Assembly (NCBI RefSeq): GCF_009914755.1
Contig: NC_060925.1
DNA length: 64,000 nucleotides
Source: the human T2T-CHM13v2.0 reference genome, Homo sapiens
Direction: 5' to 3' (one strand)
Each line of letters opens with the position of its first letter. Position 1 is the first letter of the stretch. This document shows positions 46,874-61,005 of this stretch, one piece after another. The notes beneath the pieces were generated by a model, which was not told the origin of the DNA, did not search any database, and was given only the letters and a program-made list of their open reading frames with translations. The translations under genes were made by a program, and so were the position numbers.

Positions 46874-47592
46874 GTGAGTACCTTTCTATGAAGGTGATAA
46901 GGATCCACTGAGTCTTCTGGTTAGGGTCATATTCCTACTGCAAGTGGCCCTTACTGAGCTGAGAGATGTCATTGCCACAGGGAGGAACTATAGGCACATG
47001 TAGGTTGAGTGAAACTCTAGTTCCACTTGGAAGCCCAGACAAGGGATGGGTCAGTGAGCAAGGCTCTCTTCCTAGTCTCAGGCCATGCCTGTGGCGCCCT
47101 AATCCTACTGTCAAGATGTTGGATCTGGGCAGATGTGACAAATTCACACAACTCTGATTTTGTCTCAAGTTTGTAGATCTTGTGGATTTCATCCTTCACT
47201 CTAATTTCAGCGTGTAAAATCCTCACTACCATGAACAATCTGAGTATTTGATGAGACAGGGCTGAATAGTGCAGTTTTTCTCTTAGCAGCCATTTGGGGG
47301 CATTTGCTTTAAATCGATTGGAAAAATATGGCATAACCATTTGCACAAACTTGGGACAAATGATATTGGGATAACGATCTACCAGAATAGGGAATTTTAC
47401 CCACAGTTTCTGGGACAAAAACCAAGGAATCTCTATGGTGATCAGCCTTCAGGCCTCCTGAAGACTATCTCTCACAGTGTCCTATTCTCATGCTGAGGAG
47501 CCTGAAGTCCCTGTGTGAGGATTAGACAGTGGATTGTTATGTGTGTAGGAGAACCAGCTTAATATGTCTGTCCATGTCTGAACTTATTGCAG

Positions 47593-47644
47593 AAATTGAA
47601 AAGTACAAAGAAGTGGAAGAAGACCAAGACCCATCATGCCCCAG
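47593..47644 (+). CDS. NBPF: Unit 8 HLS2 small exon
   Basis: 52 nt, AG/GT flanked. Confidence 0.92.
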
Positions 47645-48240
47645 GTAACTTTGAGCAATTATGGATGCTTAATTCTGTGTTGACACCTGGAGATGCCAGG
47701 TCCAGGGAAAACAAGAGTGTGTTCAATTTCATGTTTTCAACGAAGGTTGAATTACTCCTACTGACATTGCTGTTGGTTTTCATTGCAGTAGATGTTTAGG
47801 TTTCCATTTCTTCCTCCCCTTATCATTTACTCACTTACTATAGGTTGACCATACCTCAAAGGCTGTATGGCAACTGCATGGAATCTTGAGCAAGTTTATG
47901 GAAAATTATTGAGCCCACTCTTTTCGTGATCACTGTTCGCTGTGTGTCCCGAGGGCACTAACTCAGAGTGTCCTTTGACCCCTTCATCAGTGTGTCACCC
48001 GGCCAATTCGCTGAGCTCACTTTCTCCTCTCTCTCTCTCTCCCTCTCCCTGTCTTTCTCTTTCATTCTTTTCTACCTGGCCCTGGTCTATCCCAACATAA
48101 AGGCAATAATTCATTACCTCATTAATGGATCTGTCCTATTTCTTTTTAAACAGTTCCTTATGTTAGCCATGAAATCTAGCTGGGGCTGTGTGGTTTCTGA
48201 TTCCCCCTGGCTTATTCTTTACTTTTTCCTACTTTTCCAG

Positions 48241-48413
48241 GCTCAGCAGGGAGCTGCTGGATGAGAAAGAGCCTGAAGTCTTGCAGGACTCACTGGATAG
48301 ATGTTATTCGACTCCTTCAGGTTATCTTGAACTGCCTGACTTAGGCCAGCCCTACAGCAGTGCTGTTTACTCATTGGAGGAACAGTACCTTGGCTTGGCT
48401 CTTGACGTGGACA
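48241..48413 (+). CDS. NBPF: Unit 8 HLS2 large exon
   Basis: 173 nt, AG/GT flanked. Confidence 0.93.
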
Positions 48414-49122
48414 GTGAGTACCTTACTGTGAAGGTGATAAGCCTCCACCTGGTCTTCCAGATAGGGGTGATATTCCTGTTCCAAGTGCCCCTTACTGACC
48501 CGAGAGACGTCATTGCCGCAGGCAGGACCTATGGGCGCATATAGGTTGTAATGAAACTGTAGTCTCAGTTGGAAGCCTAGACATGAAATGGGTCAGTGAG
48601 CAAGGCTCTATTCCTAGTCTCCAGCCATGCCTGTGGCAACCTGAGCCCGCTCTCAGCACATTGGACCCAGGCAGATGTAAAAAATTCACAGAAGTATGAT
48701 TTGGACTCAAGGGTTTGTAGATTTCCTCCTTCATTCTAATTTCAGTGTCTAAAATTCTTGCATCCATGAACGAGCTGGGCATTTGATGAGACAGGGCTGA
48801 ATACTTTAGTTTTCCTCCTGGAAATCATCTGGGGCATTTTCTTTGAACTGATGGGAACAATAAAGCATAACTGTTTGCACAAACTTGGGATAAATGATTT
48901 TGGGATAACGATCTACCAGAATGGGGATATTTCACCCTTGGTTCTGAGATGCAAACCAAAGAATATCATGACCAGCTTTCAGGCCTCCTGAAGTATATCT
49001 CTCACATTGTCCTGTTCTCATGCTGAGGAGCCTGAGATCCCTGTGTGGGGATTAGACAGTGGACTGTTATGGGTGTAGGTGAATTGGCTTATTTTGTCTG
49101 TCCCTGTCTGAATGTATTGCAG

Positions 49123-49174
49123 GAATTAAAAAGGACCAAGAAGAGGAAGAAGACCAAGGCCCACCATGCCCCAG
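49123..49174 (+). CDS. NBPF: Unit 8 HLS3 small exon
   Basis: 52 nt, AG/GT flanked. Confidence 0.92.
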
Positions 49175-49569
49175 GTAACTGAGCAATTGTGAACAGCTAC
49201 TTCTGTGTTGACATCTGGAGACTCCTGGTTCAGGGAAAACAGAGCGGGCTGACATTATCGATTACATCTTTTCAACCAAGCCTGAATTATTCCTACTAAC
49301 ATTGCTGTTGGTTTTCATTGCAGTAGATATTTAGGTTTCCATTTCTTCCTCCCCTTATCATTTACTAACCTACTGTAGGTGGACCAGACTTCAAAAACTG
49401 TATTCTCATGGCGACTGCATGGAAACTTGAGCACATTTTATGGAAAATTATTGAGCACAGTCTTTTCATGATCCCTGTATGCTGTGTGTCCTGAGGGCAC
49501 TAACTCAGAGTGTCCTGTTACTCCCTCATCAGTGTGTCACCTGGACAATTCACTGAGCTCGTTCTCTCT

Positions 49570-49606
<37 letters not shown>

Positions 49607-49802
49607 TATCTGTCTTTCTCTTTCATTCTTTTCCATTTGGCCCTGTTCTGTCCCAACATGAAGGCAATAATTTGTTACCTCATTAATGGATCTATCCTTT
49701 TAGTTTTTTAACCACTTCCCTATGCTACCCATGAAACCTAGTTGGGGCTCTGTTGTGTCTGATTTCCCCTGGCTTATTCTTTACTTTTTCCTCCTTTTCC
49801 AG

Positions 49803-49975
49803 GCTCAGCAGGGAGCTGCTGGAGGTAGTAGAGCCTGAAGTCTTGCAGGACTCACTGGATAGATGTTATTCAACTCCTTCCAGTTGTCTTGAACAGCCTG
49901 ACTCCTGCCAGCCCTATGGAAGTTCCTTTTATGCATTGGAGGAAAAACATGTTGGCTTTTCTCTTGACGTGGGAG
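49803..49975 (+). CDS. NBPF: Unit 8 HLS3 large exon
   Basis: 173 nt, AG/GT flanked. Confidence 0.93.
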
Positions 49976-50689
49976 GTGAGTACCTTTCTATGAAGGTGAT
50001 AAGGATCCACTGAGTCTTCCATATAAAGATCATATTCCTGCTCCAAGTGGCCATTACTGAGCTGAGAGATGTCATTGCCACAGGGAGGACCTATAGGCAC
50101 ATGTAGGTTGAATGAAACTCTAGTTCTACCTGGAAGCCCAGACAAGGGATGGGTCAGTGAGCAAGACTCTCTTCCTAGTCTCAGGCCATACCTGTGGCGC
50201 CCTGATCCTATTCTCATGACATTGGACCTGGGCAGATGTGACAAATTCAGAGAACTATGATTTTGACTCAAGGGTTTGTAGATTTCCTTTTTCACTCTAA
50301 TTTCAGTGTCTAAAGTCCTCACAACCATGAACAATCTGAGTATTTGATGAGACAGGGCTAAATATTGCAGTTTTTCTCCTAGAAATCATTTGAGGGTATT
50401 TGCTTTAAGTTGATTGGAAAAATATGGCGTAACTGTTTGCACAAACTTGGGACAAATGATATTGGGATAACGATCTACTAGAATAGGGACATTTTACCCA
50501 CAGTTTCTGGGAGAAAAACCGAGGAATTTCTATCATGACCAGCCTTCAGGCCTCCTGAAATATATCTCTCACAGTGTCCTATTCTTATGCTGAGGAGCCT
50601 GAGGTCCCTGTGTGAGGATTAGACAGTGGATTGTTATGTGTGTAGGGGAATCAGCTTAATGTGTCTGTCCATGTCTGAATTTATTGCAG

Positions 50690-50798
50690 AAATTGAAAAG
50701 AAGGGGAAGGGGAAGAAAAGAAGGGGAAGAAGATCAAAGAAGGAAAGAAGAAGGGGAAGAAAAGAAGGGGAAGAAGATCAAAACCCACCATGCCCCAG
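50690..50798 (+). CDS. NBPF: Unit 9 polybasic HLS1 small exon
   Basis: 109 nt, AG/GT flanked. Confidence 0.92.
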
Positions 50799-51406
50799 GT
50801 GACTTTCAGCAATTGTGGATGCTTAATTCTGTGTTAACACCTGGAGGCAACAGATTCAGGGAAACCAGAGTGTGTTTGATGACATGTTTTCAGCGAAGGC
50901 TGAATTACTCCTACTGTCATTGCTGTTGGTTTTCATTGCAGTAGATGTTTAGGTTTCCATTTCTTCCTCCCCTTATCATTTCCTAACGTACCATAGGTTG
51001 ACCATACTTCAAAAGCTGTACTCTCATGGCCACTGCATCGAATTTTGAGCATATTTTATGGAAAACTATTGAGCTCACTCTTTTCATGATCACAGTTTGC
51101 TGTGTGTCATGAGGGCACTAACTCAGAGTGTCCTTTGACTCCCTTACCAGTATGTCACCTGGCCAATTCACTAGGTCACTTTCTCTCTGTCTCTGTCTCT
51201 GTCTCTGTCTCTGTCTGTCTTTCTCTTTCATTGTTTTCTACCTGGCCCTGTTCTATCCCAACATAAAGGCAATAATTTGTTACCTCATTAATGGATCTGT
51301 CCTTTTTCTTTTCAAACTCTTCCTTACGTTAGCCATGAAATCTAGCTGGGGCTGTGTGGTTTCTGATTCCCCCTGGCTTATTCTTTACTTTTTCCCACTT
51401 TTCCAG

Positions 51407-51579
51407 GCTCAGCAGGGAGCTGCTGGATGAGAAAGGGCCTGAAGTCTTGCAGGACTCACTGGATAGATGTTATTCAACTCCTTCAGGTTGTCTTGAACTG
51501 ACTGACTCATGCCAGCCCTACAGAAGTGCCTTTTATGTATTGGAGCAACAGCGTGTTGGCTTGGCTGTTGACATGGATG
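51407..51579 (+). CDS. NBPF: Unit 9 HLS1 large exon
   Basis: 173 nt, AG/GT flanked. Confidence 0.93.
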
Positions 51580-52298
51580 GTGAGTACCTTTCTATGAAGG
51601 TGATAAGGATCCACTGAGTCTTCTGGTTAGGGTCATATTCCTACTGCAAGTGGCCCTTACTGAGCTGAGAGATGTCATTGCCACAGGGAGGAACTATAGG
51701 CACATGTAGGTTGAGTGAAACTCTAGTTCCACTTGGAAGCCCAGACACGGGATGGGTCAGTGAGCAAGGCTCTCTTCCTAGTCTCAGGCCATGCCTGTGG
51801 CGCCCTAATCCTACTGTCAAGATGTTGGATCTGGGCAGATGTGACAAATTCACACAACTCTGATTTTGTCTCAATTTTGTAGATCTTGTAGATTTCATCC
51901 TTCACTCTAATTTCAGCGTGTAAAATCCTCACTACCATGAACAATCTGAGTATTTGATGAGACAGGGCTGAATAGTGCAGTTTTTCTCTTAGCAGCCATT
52001 TGGGGGCATTTGCTTTAAATCGATTGGAAAAATATGGCATAACCATTTGCACAAACTTGGGACAAATGATATTGGGATAACGATCTACCAGAATAGGGAA
52101 TTTTACCCACAGTTTCTGGGACAAAAACCAAGGAATCTCTATGGTGATCAGCCTTCAGGCCTCCTGAAGACTATCTCTTACAGTGTCCTATTCTCATGCT
52201 GAGGAGCCTGAAGTCCCTGTGTGAGGATTAGACAGTGGATTGTTATGTGTGTAGGAGAACCAGCTTAATATGTCTGTCCATGTCTGAACTTATTGCAG

Positions 52299-52350
52299 AA
52301 ATTGAAAAGTACAAAGAAGTGGAAGAAGACCAAGACCCATCATGCCCCAG
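52299..52350 (+). CDS. NBPF: Unit 9 HLS2 small exon
   Basis: 52 nt, AG/GT flanked. Confidence 0.92.
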
Positions 52351-52946
52351 GTAACTTTGAGCAATTATGGATGCTTAATTCTGTGTTGACACCTGGAGAT
52401 GCCAGGTCCAGGGAAAACAAGAGTGTGTTCAATTTCATGTTTTCAACGAAGGTTGAATTACTCCTACTGACATTGCTGTTGGTTTTCATTGCAGTAGATG
52501 TTTAGGTTTCCATTTCTTCCTCCCCTTATCATTTACTCACTTACTATAGGTTGACCATACCTCAAAGGCTGTATGGCAACTGCATGGAATCTTGAGCAAG
52601 TTTATGGAAAATTATTGAGCCCACTCTTTTCGTGATCACTGTTCGCTGTGTGTCCCGAGGGCACTAACTCAGAGTGTCCTTTGACCCCTTCATCAGTGTG
52701 TCACCCGGCCAATTCGCTGAGCTCACTTTCTCCTCTCTCTCTCTCTCCCTCTCCCTGTCTTTCTCTTTCATTCTTTTCTACCTGGCCCTGGTCTATCCCA
52801 ACATAAAGGCAATAATTCATTACCTCATTAATGGATCTGTCCTATTTCTTTTTAAACAGTTCCTTATGTTAGCCATGAAATCTAGCTGGGGCTGTGTGGT
52901 TTCTGATTCCCCCTGGCTTATTCTTTACTTTTTCCTACTTTTCCAG

Positions 52947-53119
52947 GCTCAGCAGGGAGCTGCTGGATGAGAAAGAGCCTGAAGTCTTGCAGGACTCACT
53001 GGATAGATGTTATTCGACTCCTTCAGGTTATCTTGAACTGCCTGACTTAGGCCAGCCCTACAGCAGTGCTGTTTACTCATTGGAGGAACAGTACCTTGGC
53101 TTGGCTCTTGACGTGGACA
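52947..53119 (+). CDS. NBPF: Unit 9 HLS2 large exon
   Basis: 173 nt, AG/GT flanked. Confidence 0.93.
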
Positions 53120-53828
53120 GTGAGTACCTTACTGTGAAGGTGATAAGCCTCCACCTGGTCTTCCAGATAGGGGTGATATTCCTGTTCCAAGTGCCCCTTA
53201 CTGACCCGAGAGACGTCATTGCCGCAGGCAGGACCTATGGGCGCATATAGGTTGTAATGAAACTGTAGTCTCAGTTGGAAGCCTAGACATGAAATGGGTC
53301 AGTGAGCAAGGCTCTATTCCTAGTCTCCAGCCATGCCTGTGGCAACCTGAGCCCGCTCTCAGCACATTGGACCCAGGCAGATGTAAAAAATTCACAGAAG
53401 TATGATTTGGACTCAAGGGTTTGTAGATTTCCTCCTTCATTCTAATTTCAGTGTCTAAAATTCTTGCATCCATGAACGAGCTGGGCATTTGATGAGACAG
53501 GGCTGAATACTTTAGTTTTCCTCCTGGAAATCATCTGGGGCATTTTCTTTGAACTGATGGGAACAATAAAGCATAACTGTTTGCACAAACTTGGGATAAA
53601 TGATTTTGGGATAACGATCTACCAGAATGGGGATATTTCACCCTTGGTTCTGAGATGCAAACCAAAGAATATCATGACCAGCTTTCAGGCCTCCTGAAGT
53701 ATATCTCTCACATTGTCCTGTTCTCATGCTGAGGAGCCTGAGATCCCTGTGTGGGGATTAGACAGTGGACTGTTATGGGTGTAGGTGAATTGGCTTATTT
53801 TGTCTGTCCCTGTCTGAATGTATTGCAG

Positions 53829-53880
53829 GAATTAAAAAGGACCAAGAAGAGGAAGAAGACCAAGGCCCACCATGCCCCAG
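53829..53880 (+). CDS. NBPF: Unit 9 HLS3 small exon
   Basis: 52 nt, AG/GT flanked. Confidence 0.92.
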
Positions 53881-54275
53881 GTAACTGAGCAATTGTGAAC
53901 AGCTACTTCTGTGTTGACATCTGGAGACTCCTGGTTCAGGGAAAACAGAGCGGGCTGACATTATCGATTACATCTTTTCAACCAAGCCTGAATTATTCCT
54001 ACTAACATTGCTGTTGGTTTTCATTGCAGTAGATATTTAGGTTTCCATTTCTTCCTCCCCTTATCATTTACTAACCTACTGTAGGTGGACCAGACTTCAA
54101 AAACTGTATTCTCATGGCGACTGCATGGAAACTTGAGCACATTTTATGGAAAATTATTGAGCACAGTCTTTTCATGATCCCTGTATGCTGTGTGTCCTGA
54201 GGGCACTAACTCAGAGTGTCCTGTTACTCCCTCATCAGTGTGTCACCTGGACAATTCACTGAGCTCGTTCTCTCT

Positions 54276-54314
<39 letters not shown>

Positions 54315-54510
54315 TATCTGTCTTTCTCTTTCATTCTTTTCCATTTGGCCCTGTTCTGTCCCAACATGAAGGCAATAATTTGTTACCTCATTAATGGATC
54401 TATCCTTTTAGTTTTTTAACCACTTCCCTATGCTACCCATGAAACCTAGTTGGGGCTCTGTTGTGTCTGATTTCCCCTGGCTTATTCTTTACTTTTTCCT
54501 CCTTTTCCAG

Positions 54511-54683
54511 GCTCAGCAGGGAGCTGCTGGAGGTAGTAGAGCCTGAAGTCTTGCAGGACTCACTGGATAGATGTTATTCAACTCCTTCCAGTTGTCTTGA
54601 ACAGCCTGACTCCTGCCAGCCCTATGGAAGTTCCTTTTATGCATTGGAGGAAAAACTTGTTGGCTTTTCTCTTGACGTGGGAG
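54511..54683 (+). CDS. NBPF: Unit 9 HLS3 large exon (EEKLVG variant)
   Basis: 173 nt, AG/GT flanked. Confidence 0.93.
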
Positions 54684-55397
54684 GTGAGTACCTTTCTATG
54701 AAGGTGATAAGGATCCACTGAGTCTTCCATATAAAGATCATATTCCTGCTCCAAGTGGCCATTACTGAGCTGAGAGATGTCATTGCCACAGGGAGGACCT
54801 ATAGGCACATGTAGGTTGAATGAAACTCTAGTTCTACCTGGAAGCCCAGACAAGGGATGGGTCAGTGAGCAAGACTCTCTTCCTAGTCTCAGGCCATACC
54901 TGTGGCGCCCTGATCCTATTCTCATGACATTGGACCTGGGCAGATGTGACAAATTCAGAGAACTATGATTTTGACTCAAGGGTTTGTAGATTTCCTTTTT
55001 CACTCTAATTTCAGTGTCTAAAGTCCTCACAACCATGAACAATCTGAGTATTTGATGAGACAGGGCTAAATATTGCAGTTTTTCTCCTAGAAATCATTTG
55101 AGGGTATTTGCTTTAAGTTGATTGGAAAAATATGGCGTAACTGTTTGCAGAAACTTGGGACAAATGATATTGGGATAACGATCTACTAGAATAGGGACAT
55201 TTTACCCACAGTTTCTGGGAGAAAAACCGAGGAATTTCTATCATGACCAGCCTTCAGGCCTCCTGAAATATATCTCTCACAGTGTCCTATTCTTATGCTG
55301 AGGAGCCTGAGGTCCCTGTGTGAGGATTAGACAGTGGATTGTTATGTGTGTAGGGGAATCAGCTTAATGTGTCTGTCCATGTCTGAATTTATTGCAG

Positions 55398-55506
55398 AAA
55401 TTGAAAAGAAGGGGAAGGGGAAGAAAAGAAGGGGAAGAAGATCAAAGAAGGAAAGAAGAAGGGGAAGAAAAGAAGGGGAAGAAGATCAAAACCCACCATG
55501 CCCCAG
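55398..55506 (+). CDS. NBPF: Unit 10 polybasic HLS1 small exon
   Basis: 109 nt, AG/GT flanked. Confidence 0.92.
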
Positions 55507-56114
55507 GTGACTTTCAGCAATTGTGGATGCTTAATTCTGTGTTAACACCTGGAGGCAACAGATTCAGGGAAACCAGAGTGTGTTTGATGACATGTTTTCA
55601 GCGAAGGCTGAATTACTCCTACTGTCATTGCTGTTGGTTTTCATTGCAGTAGATGTTTAGGTTTCCATTTCTTCCTCCCCTTATCATTTCCTAACGTACC
55701 ATAGGTTGACCATACTTCAAAAGCTGTACTCTCATGGCCACTGCATCGAATTTTGAGCATATTTTATGGAAAACTATTGAGCTCACTCTTTTCATGATCA
55801 CAGTTTGCTGTGTGTCATGAGGGCACTAACTCAGAGTGTCCTTTGACTCCCTTACCAGTATGTCACCTGGCCAATTCACTAGGTCACTTTCTCTCTGTCT
55901 CTGTCTCTGTCTCTGTCTCTGTCTGTCTTTCTCTTTCATTGTTTTCTACCTGGCCCTGTTCTATCCCAACATAAAGGCAATAATTTGTTACCTCATTAAT
56001 GGATCTGTCCTTTTTCTTTTCAAACTCTTCCTTACGTTAGCCATGAAATCTAGCTGGGGCTGTGTGGTTTCTGATTCCCCCTGGCTTATTCTTTACTTTT
56101 TCCCACTTTTCCAG

Positions 56115-56287
56115 GCTCAGCAGGGAGCTGCTGGATGAGAAAGGGCCTGAAGTCTTGCAGGACTCACTGGATAGATGTTATTCAACTCCTTCAGGTTGTC
56201 TTGAACTGACTGACTCATGCCAGCCCTACAGAAGTGCCTTTTATGTATTGGAGCAACAGCGTGTTGGCTTGGCTGTTGACATGGATG
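56115..56287 (+). CDS. NBPF: Unit 10 HLS1 large exon
   Basis: 173 nt, AG/GT flanked. Confidence 0.93.
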
Positions 56288-57006
56288 GTGAGTACCTTTC
56301 TATGAAGGTGATAAGGATCCACTGAGTCTTCTGGTTAGGGTCATATTCCTACTGCAAGTGGCCCTTACTGAGCTGAGAGATGTCATTGCCACAGGGAGGA
56401 ACTATAGGCACATGTAGGTTGAGTGAAACTCTAGTTCCACTTGGAAGCCCAGACAAGGGATGGGTCAGTGAGCAAGGCTCTCTTCCTAGTCTCAGGCCAT
56501 GCCTGTGGCGCCCTAATCCTACTGTCAAGATGTTGGATCTGGGCAGATGTGACAAATTCACACAACTCTGATTTTGTCTCAATTTTGTAGATCTTGTAGA
56601 TTTCATCCTTCACTCTAATTTCAGCGTGTAAAATCCTCACTACCATGAACAATCTGAGTATTTGATGAGACAGGGCTGAATAGTGCAGTTTTTCTCTTAG
56701 CAGCCATTTGGGGGCATTTGCTTTAAATCGATTGGAAAAATATGGCATAACCATTTGCACAAACTTGGGACAAATGATATTGGGATAACGATCTACCAGA
56801 ATAGGGAATTTTACCCACAGTTTCTGGAACAAAAACCAAGGAATCTCTATGGTGATCAGCCTTCAGGCCTCCTGAAGACTATCTCTCACAGTGTCCTATT
56901 CTCATGCTGAGGAGCCTGAAGTCCCTGTGTGAGGATTAGACAGTGGATTGTTATGTGTGTAGGAGAACCAGCTTAATATGTCTGTCCATGTCTGAACTTA
57001 TTGCAG

Positions 57007-57058
57007 AAATTGAAAAGTACAAAGAAGTGGAAGAAGACCAAGACCCATCATGCCCCAG
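57007..57058 (+). CDS. NBPF: Unit 10 HLS2 small exon
   Basis: 52 nt, AG/GT flanked. Confidence 0.92.
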
Positions 57059-57654
57059 GTAACTTTGAGCAATTATGGATGCTTAATTCTGTGTTGACAC
57101 CTGGAGATGCCAGGTCCAGGGAAAACAAGAGTGTGTTCAATTTCATGTTTTCAACGAAGGTTGAATTACTCCTACTGACATTGCTGTTGGTTTTCATTGC
57201 AGTAGATGTTTAGGTTTCCATTTCTTCCTCCCCTTATCATTTACTCACTTACTATAGGTTGACCATACCTCAAAGGCTGTATGGCAACTGCATGGAATCT
57301 TGAGCAAGTTTATGGAAAATTATTGAGCCCACTCTTTTCGTGATCACTGTTCGCTGTGTGTCCCGAGGGCACTAACTCAGAGTGTCCTTTGACCCCTTCA
57401 TCAGTGTGTCACCCGGCCAATTCGCTGAGCTCACTTTCTCCTCTCTCTCTCTCTCCCTCTCCCTGTCTTTCTCTTTCATTCTTTTCTACCTGGCCCTGGT
57501 CTATCCCAACATAAAGGCAATAATTCCTTACCTCATTAATGGATCTGTCCTATTTCTTTTTAAACAGTTCCTTATGTTAGCCATGAAATCTAGCTGGGGC
57601 TGTGTGGTTTCTGATTCCCCCTGGCTTATTCTTTACTTTTTCCTACTTTTCCAG

Positions 57655-57827
57655 GCTCAGCAGGGAGCTGCTGGATGAGAAAGAGCCTGAAGTCTTGCAG
57701 GACTCACTGGATAGATGTTATTCGACTCCTTCAGGTTATCTTGAACTGCCTGACTTAGGCCAGCCCTACAGCAGTGCTGTTTACTCATTGGAGGAACAGT
57801 ACCTTGGCTTGGCTCTTGACGTGGACA
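57655..57827 (+). CDS. NBPF: Unit 10 HLS2 large exon
   Basis: 173 nt, AG/GT flanked. Confidence 0.93.
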
Positions 57828-58536
57828 GTGAGTACCTTACTGTGAAGGTGATAAGCCTCCACCTGGTCTTCCAGATAGGGGTGATATTCCTGTTCCAAGT
57901 GCCCCTTACTGACCCGAGAGACGTCATTGCCGCAGGCAGGACCTATGGGCGCATATAGGTTGTAATGAAACTGTAGTCTCAGTTGGAAGCCTAGACATGA
58001 AATGGGTCAGTGAGCAAGGCTCTATTCCTAGTCTCCAGCCATGCCTGTGGCAACCTGAGCCCGCTCTCAGCACATTGGACCCAGGCAGATGTAAAAAATT
58101 CACAGAAGTATGATTTGGACTCAAGGGTTTGTAGATTTCCTCCTTCATTCTAATTTCAGTGTCTAAAATTCTTGCATCCATGAACGAGCTGGGCATTTGA
58201 TGAGACAGGGCTGAATACTTTAGTTTTCCTCCTGGAAATCATCTGGGGCATTTTCTTTGAACTGATGGGAACAATAAAGCATAACTGTTTGCACAAACTT
58301 GGGATAAATGATTTTGGGATAACGATCTACCAGAATGGGGATATTTCACCCTTGGTTCTGAGATGCAAACCAAAGAATATCATGACCAGCTTTCAGGCCT
58401 CCTGAAGTATATCTCTCACATTGTCCTGTTCTCATGCTGAGGAGCCTGAGATCCCTGTGTGGGGATTAGACAGTGGACTGTTATGGGTGTAGGTGAATTG
58501 GCTTATTTTGTCTGTCCCTGTCTGAATGTATTGCAG

Positions 58537-58588
58537 GAATTAAAAAGGACCAAGAAGAGGAAGAAGACCAAGGCCCACCATGCCCCAG
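58537..58588 (+). CDS. NBPF: Unit 10 HLS3 small exon
   Basis: 52 nt, AG/GT flanked. Confidence 0.92.
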
Positions 58589-58985
58589 GTAACTGAGCAA
58601 TTGTGAACAGCTACTTCTGTGTTGACATCTGGAGACTCCTGGTTCAGGGAAAACAGAGCGGGCTGACATTATCGATTACATCTTTTCAACCAAGCCTGAA
58701 TTATTCCTACTAACATTGCTGTTGGTTTTCATTGCAGTAGATATTTAGGTTTCCATTTCTTCCTCCCCTTATCATTTACTAACCTACTGTAGGTGGACCA
58801 GACTTCAAAAACTGTATTCTCATGGCGACTGCATGGAAACTTGAGCACATTTTATGGAAAATTATTGAGCACAGTCTTTTCATGATCCCTGTATGCTGTG
58901 TGTCCTGAGGGCACTAACTCAGAGTGTCCTGTTACTCCCTCATCAGTGTGTCACCTGGACAATTCACTGAGCTCGTTCTCTCTCT

Positions 58986-59032
<47 letters not shown>

Positions 59033-59228
59033 TATCTGTCTTTCTCTTTCATTCTTTTCCATTTGGCCCTGTTCTGTCCCAACATGAAGGCAATAATTTG
59101 TTACCTCATTAATGGATCTATCCTTTTAGTTTTTTAACCACTTCCCTATGCTACCCATGAAACCTAGTTGGGGCTCTGTTGTGTCTGATTTCCCCTGGCT
59201 TATTCTTTACTTTTTCCTCCTTTTCCAG

Positions 59229-59401
59229 GCTCAGCAGGGAGCTGCTGGAGGTAGTAGAGCCTGAAGTCTTGCAGGACTCACTGGATAGATGTTATTCAAC
59301 TCCTTCCAGTTGTCTTGAACAGCCTGACTCCTGCCAGCCCTATGGAAGTTCCTTTTATGCATTGGAGGAAAAACATGTTGGCTTTTCTCTTGACGTGGGA
59401 G
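59229..59401 (+). CDS. NBPF: Unit 10 HLS3 large exon
   Basis: 173 nt, AG/GT flanked. Confidence 0.93.
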
Positions 59402-60115
59402 GTGAGTACCTTTCTATGAAGGTGATAAGGATCCACTGAGTCTTCCATATAAAGATCATATTCCTGCTCCAAGTGGCCATTACTGAGCTGAGAGATGTCA
59501 TTGCCACAGGGAGGACCTATAGGCACATGTAGGTTGAATGAAACTCTAGTTCTACCTGGAAGCCCAGACAAGGGATGGGTCAGTGAGCAAGACTCTCTTC
59601 CTAGTCTCAGGCCATACCTGTGGCGCCCTGATCCTATTCTCATGACATTGGACCTGGGCAGATGTGACAAATTCAGAGAACTATGATTTTGACTCAAGGG
59701 TTTGTAGATTTCCTTTTTCACTCTAATTTCAGTGTCTAAAGTCCTCACAACCATGAACAATCTGAGTATTTGTTGAGACAGGGCTAAATATTGCAGTTTT
59801 TCTCCTAGAAATCATTTGAGGGTATATGCTTTAAGTTGATTGGAAAAATATGGCGTAACTGTTTGCACAAACTTGGGACAAATGATATTGGGATAACGAT
59901 CTACTAGAATAGGGACATTTTACCCACAGTTTCTGGGAGAAAAACCGAGGAATTTCTATCATGACCAGCCTTCAGGCCTCCTGAAATATATCTCTCACAG
60001 TGTCCTATTCTTATGCTGAGGAGCCTGAGGTCCCTGTGTGAGGATTAGACAGTGGATTGTTATGTGTGTAGGGGAATCAGCTTAATGTGTCTGTCCATGT
60101 CTGAATTTATTGCAG

Positions 60116-60224
60116 AAATTGAAAAGAAGGGGAAGGGGAAGAAAAGAAGGGGAAGAAGATCAAAGAAGGAAAGAAGAAGGGGAAGAAAAGAAGGGGAAGA
60201 AGATCAAAACCCACCATGCCCCAG
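60116..60224 (+). CDS. NBPF: Unit 11 polybasic HLS1 small exon
   Basis: 109 nt, AG/GT flanked. Confidence 0.92.
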
Positions 60225-60832
60225 GTGACTTTCAGCAATTGTGGATGCTTAATTCTGTGTTAACACCTGGAGGCAACAGATTCAGGGAAACCAGAGTGTG
60301 TTTGATGACATGTTTTCAGCGAAGGCTGAATTACTCCTACTGTCATTGCTGTTGGTTTTCATTGCAGTAGATGTTTAGGTTTCCATTTCTTCCTCCCCTT
60401 ATCATTTCCTAACGTACCATAGGTTGACCATACTTCAAAAGCTGTACTCTCATGGCCACTGCATCGAATTTTGAGCATATTTTATGGAAAACTATTGAGC
60501 TCACTCTTTTCATGATCACAGTTTGCTGTGTGTCATGAGGGCACTAACTCAGAGTGTCCTTTGACTCCCTTACCAGTATGTCACCTGGCCAATTCACTAG
60601 GTCACTTTCTCTCTGTCTCTGTCTCTGTCTCTGTCTCTGTCTGTCTTTCTCTTTCATTGTTTTCTACCTGGCCCTGTTCTATCCCAACATAAAGGCAATA
60701 ATTTGTTACCTCATTAATGGATCTGTCCTTTTTCTTTTCAAACTCTTCCTTACGTTAGCCATGAAATCTAGCTGGGGCTGTGTGGTTTCTGATTCCCCCT
60801 GGCTTATTCTTTACTTTTTCCCACTTTTCCAG

Positions 60833-61005
60833 GCTCAGCAGGGAGCTGCTGGATGAGAAAGGGCCTGAAGTCTTGCAGGACTCACTGGATAGATGTTATT
60901 CAACTCCTTCAGGTTGTCTTGAACTGACTGACTCATGCCAGCCCTACAGAAGTGCCTTTTATGTATTGGAGCAACAGCGTGTTGGCTTGGCTGTTGACAT
61001 GGATG
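60833..61005 (+). CDS. NBPF: Unit 11 HLS1 large exon
   Basis: 173 nt, AG/GT flanked. Confidence 0.93.
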
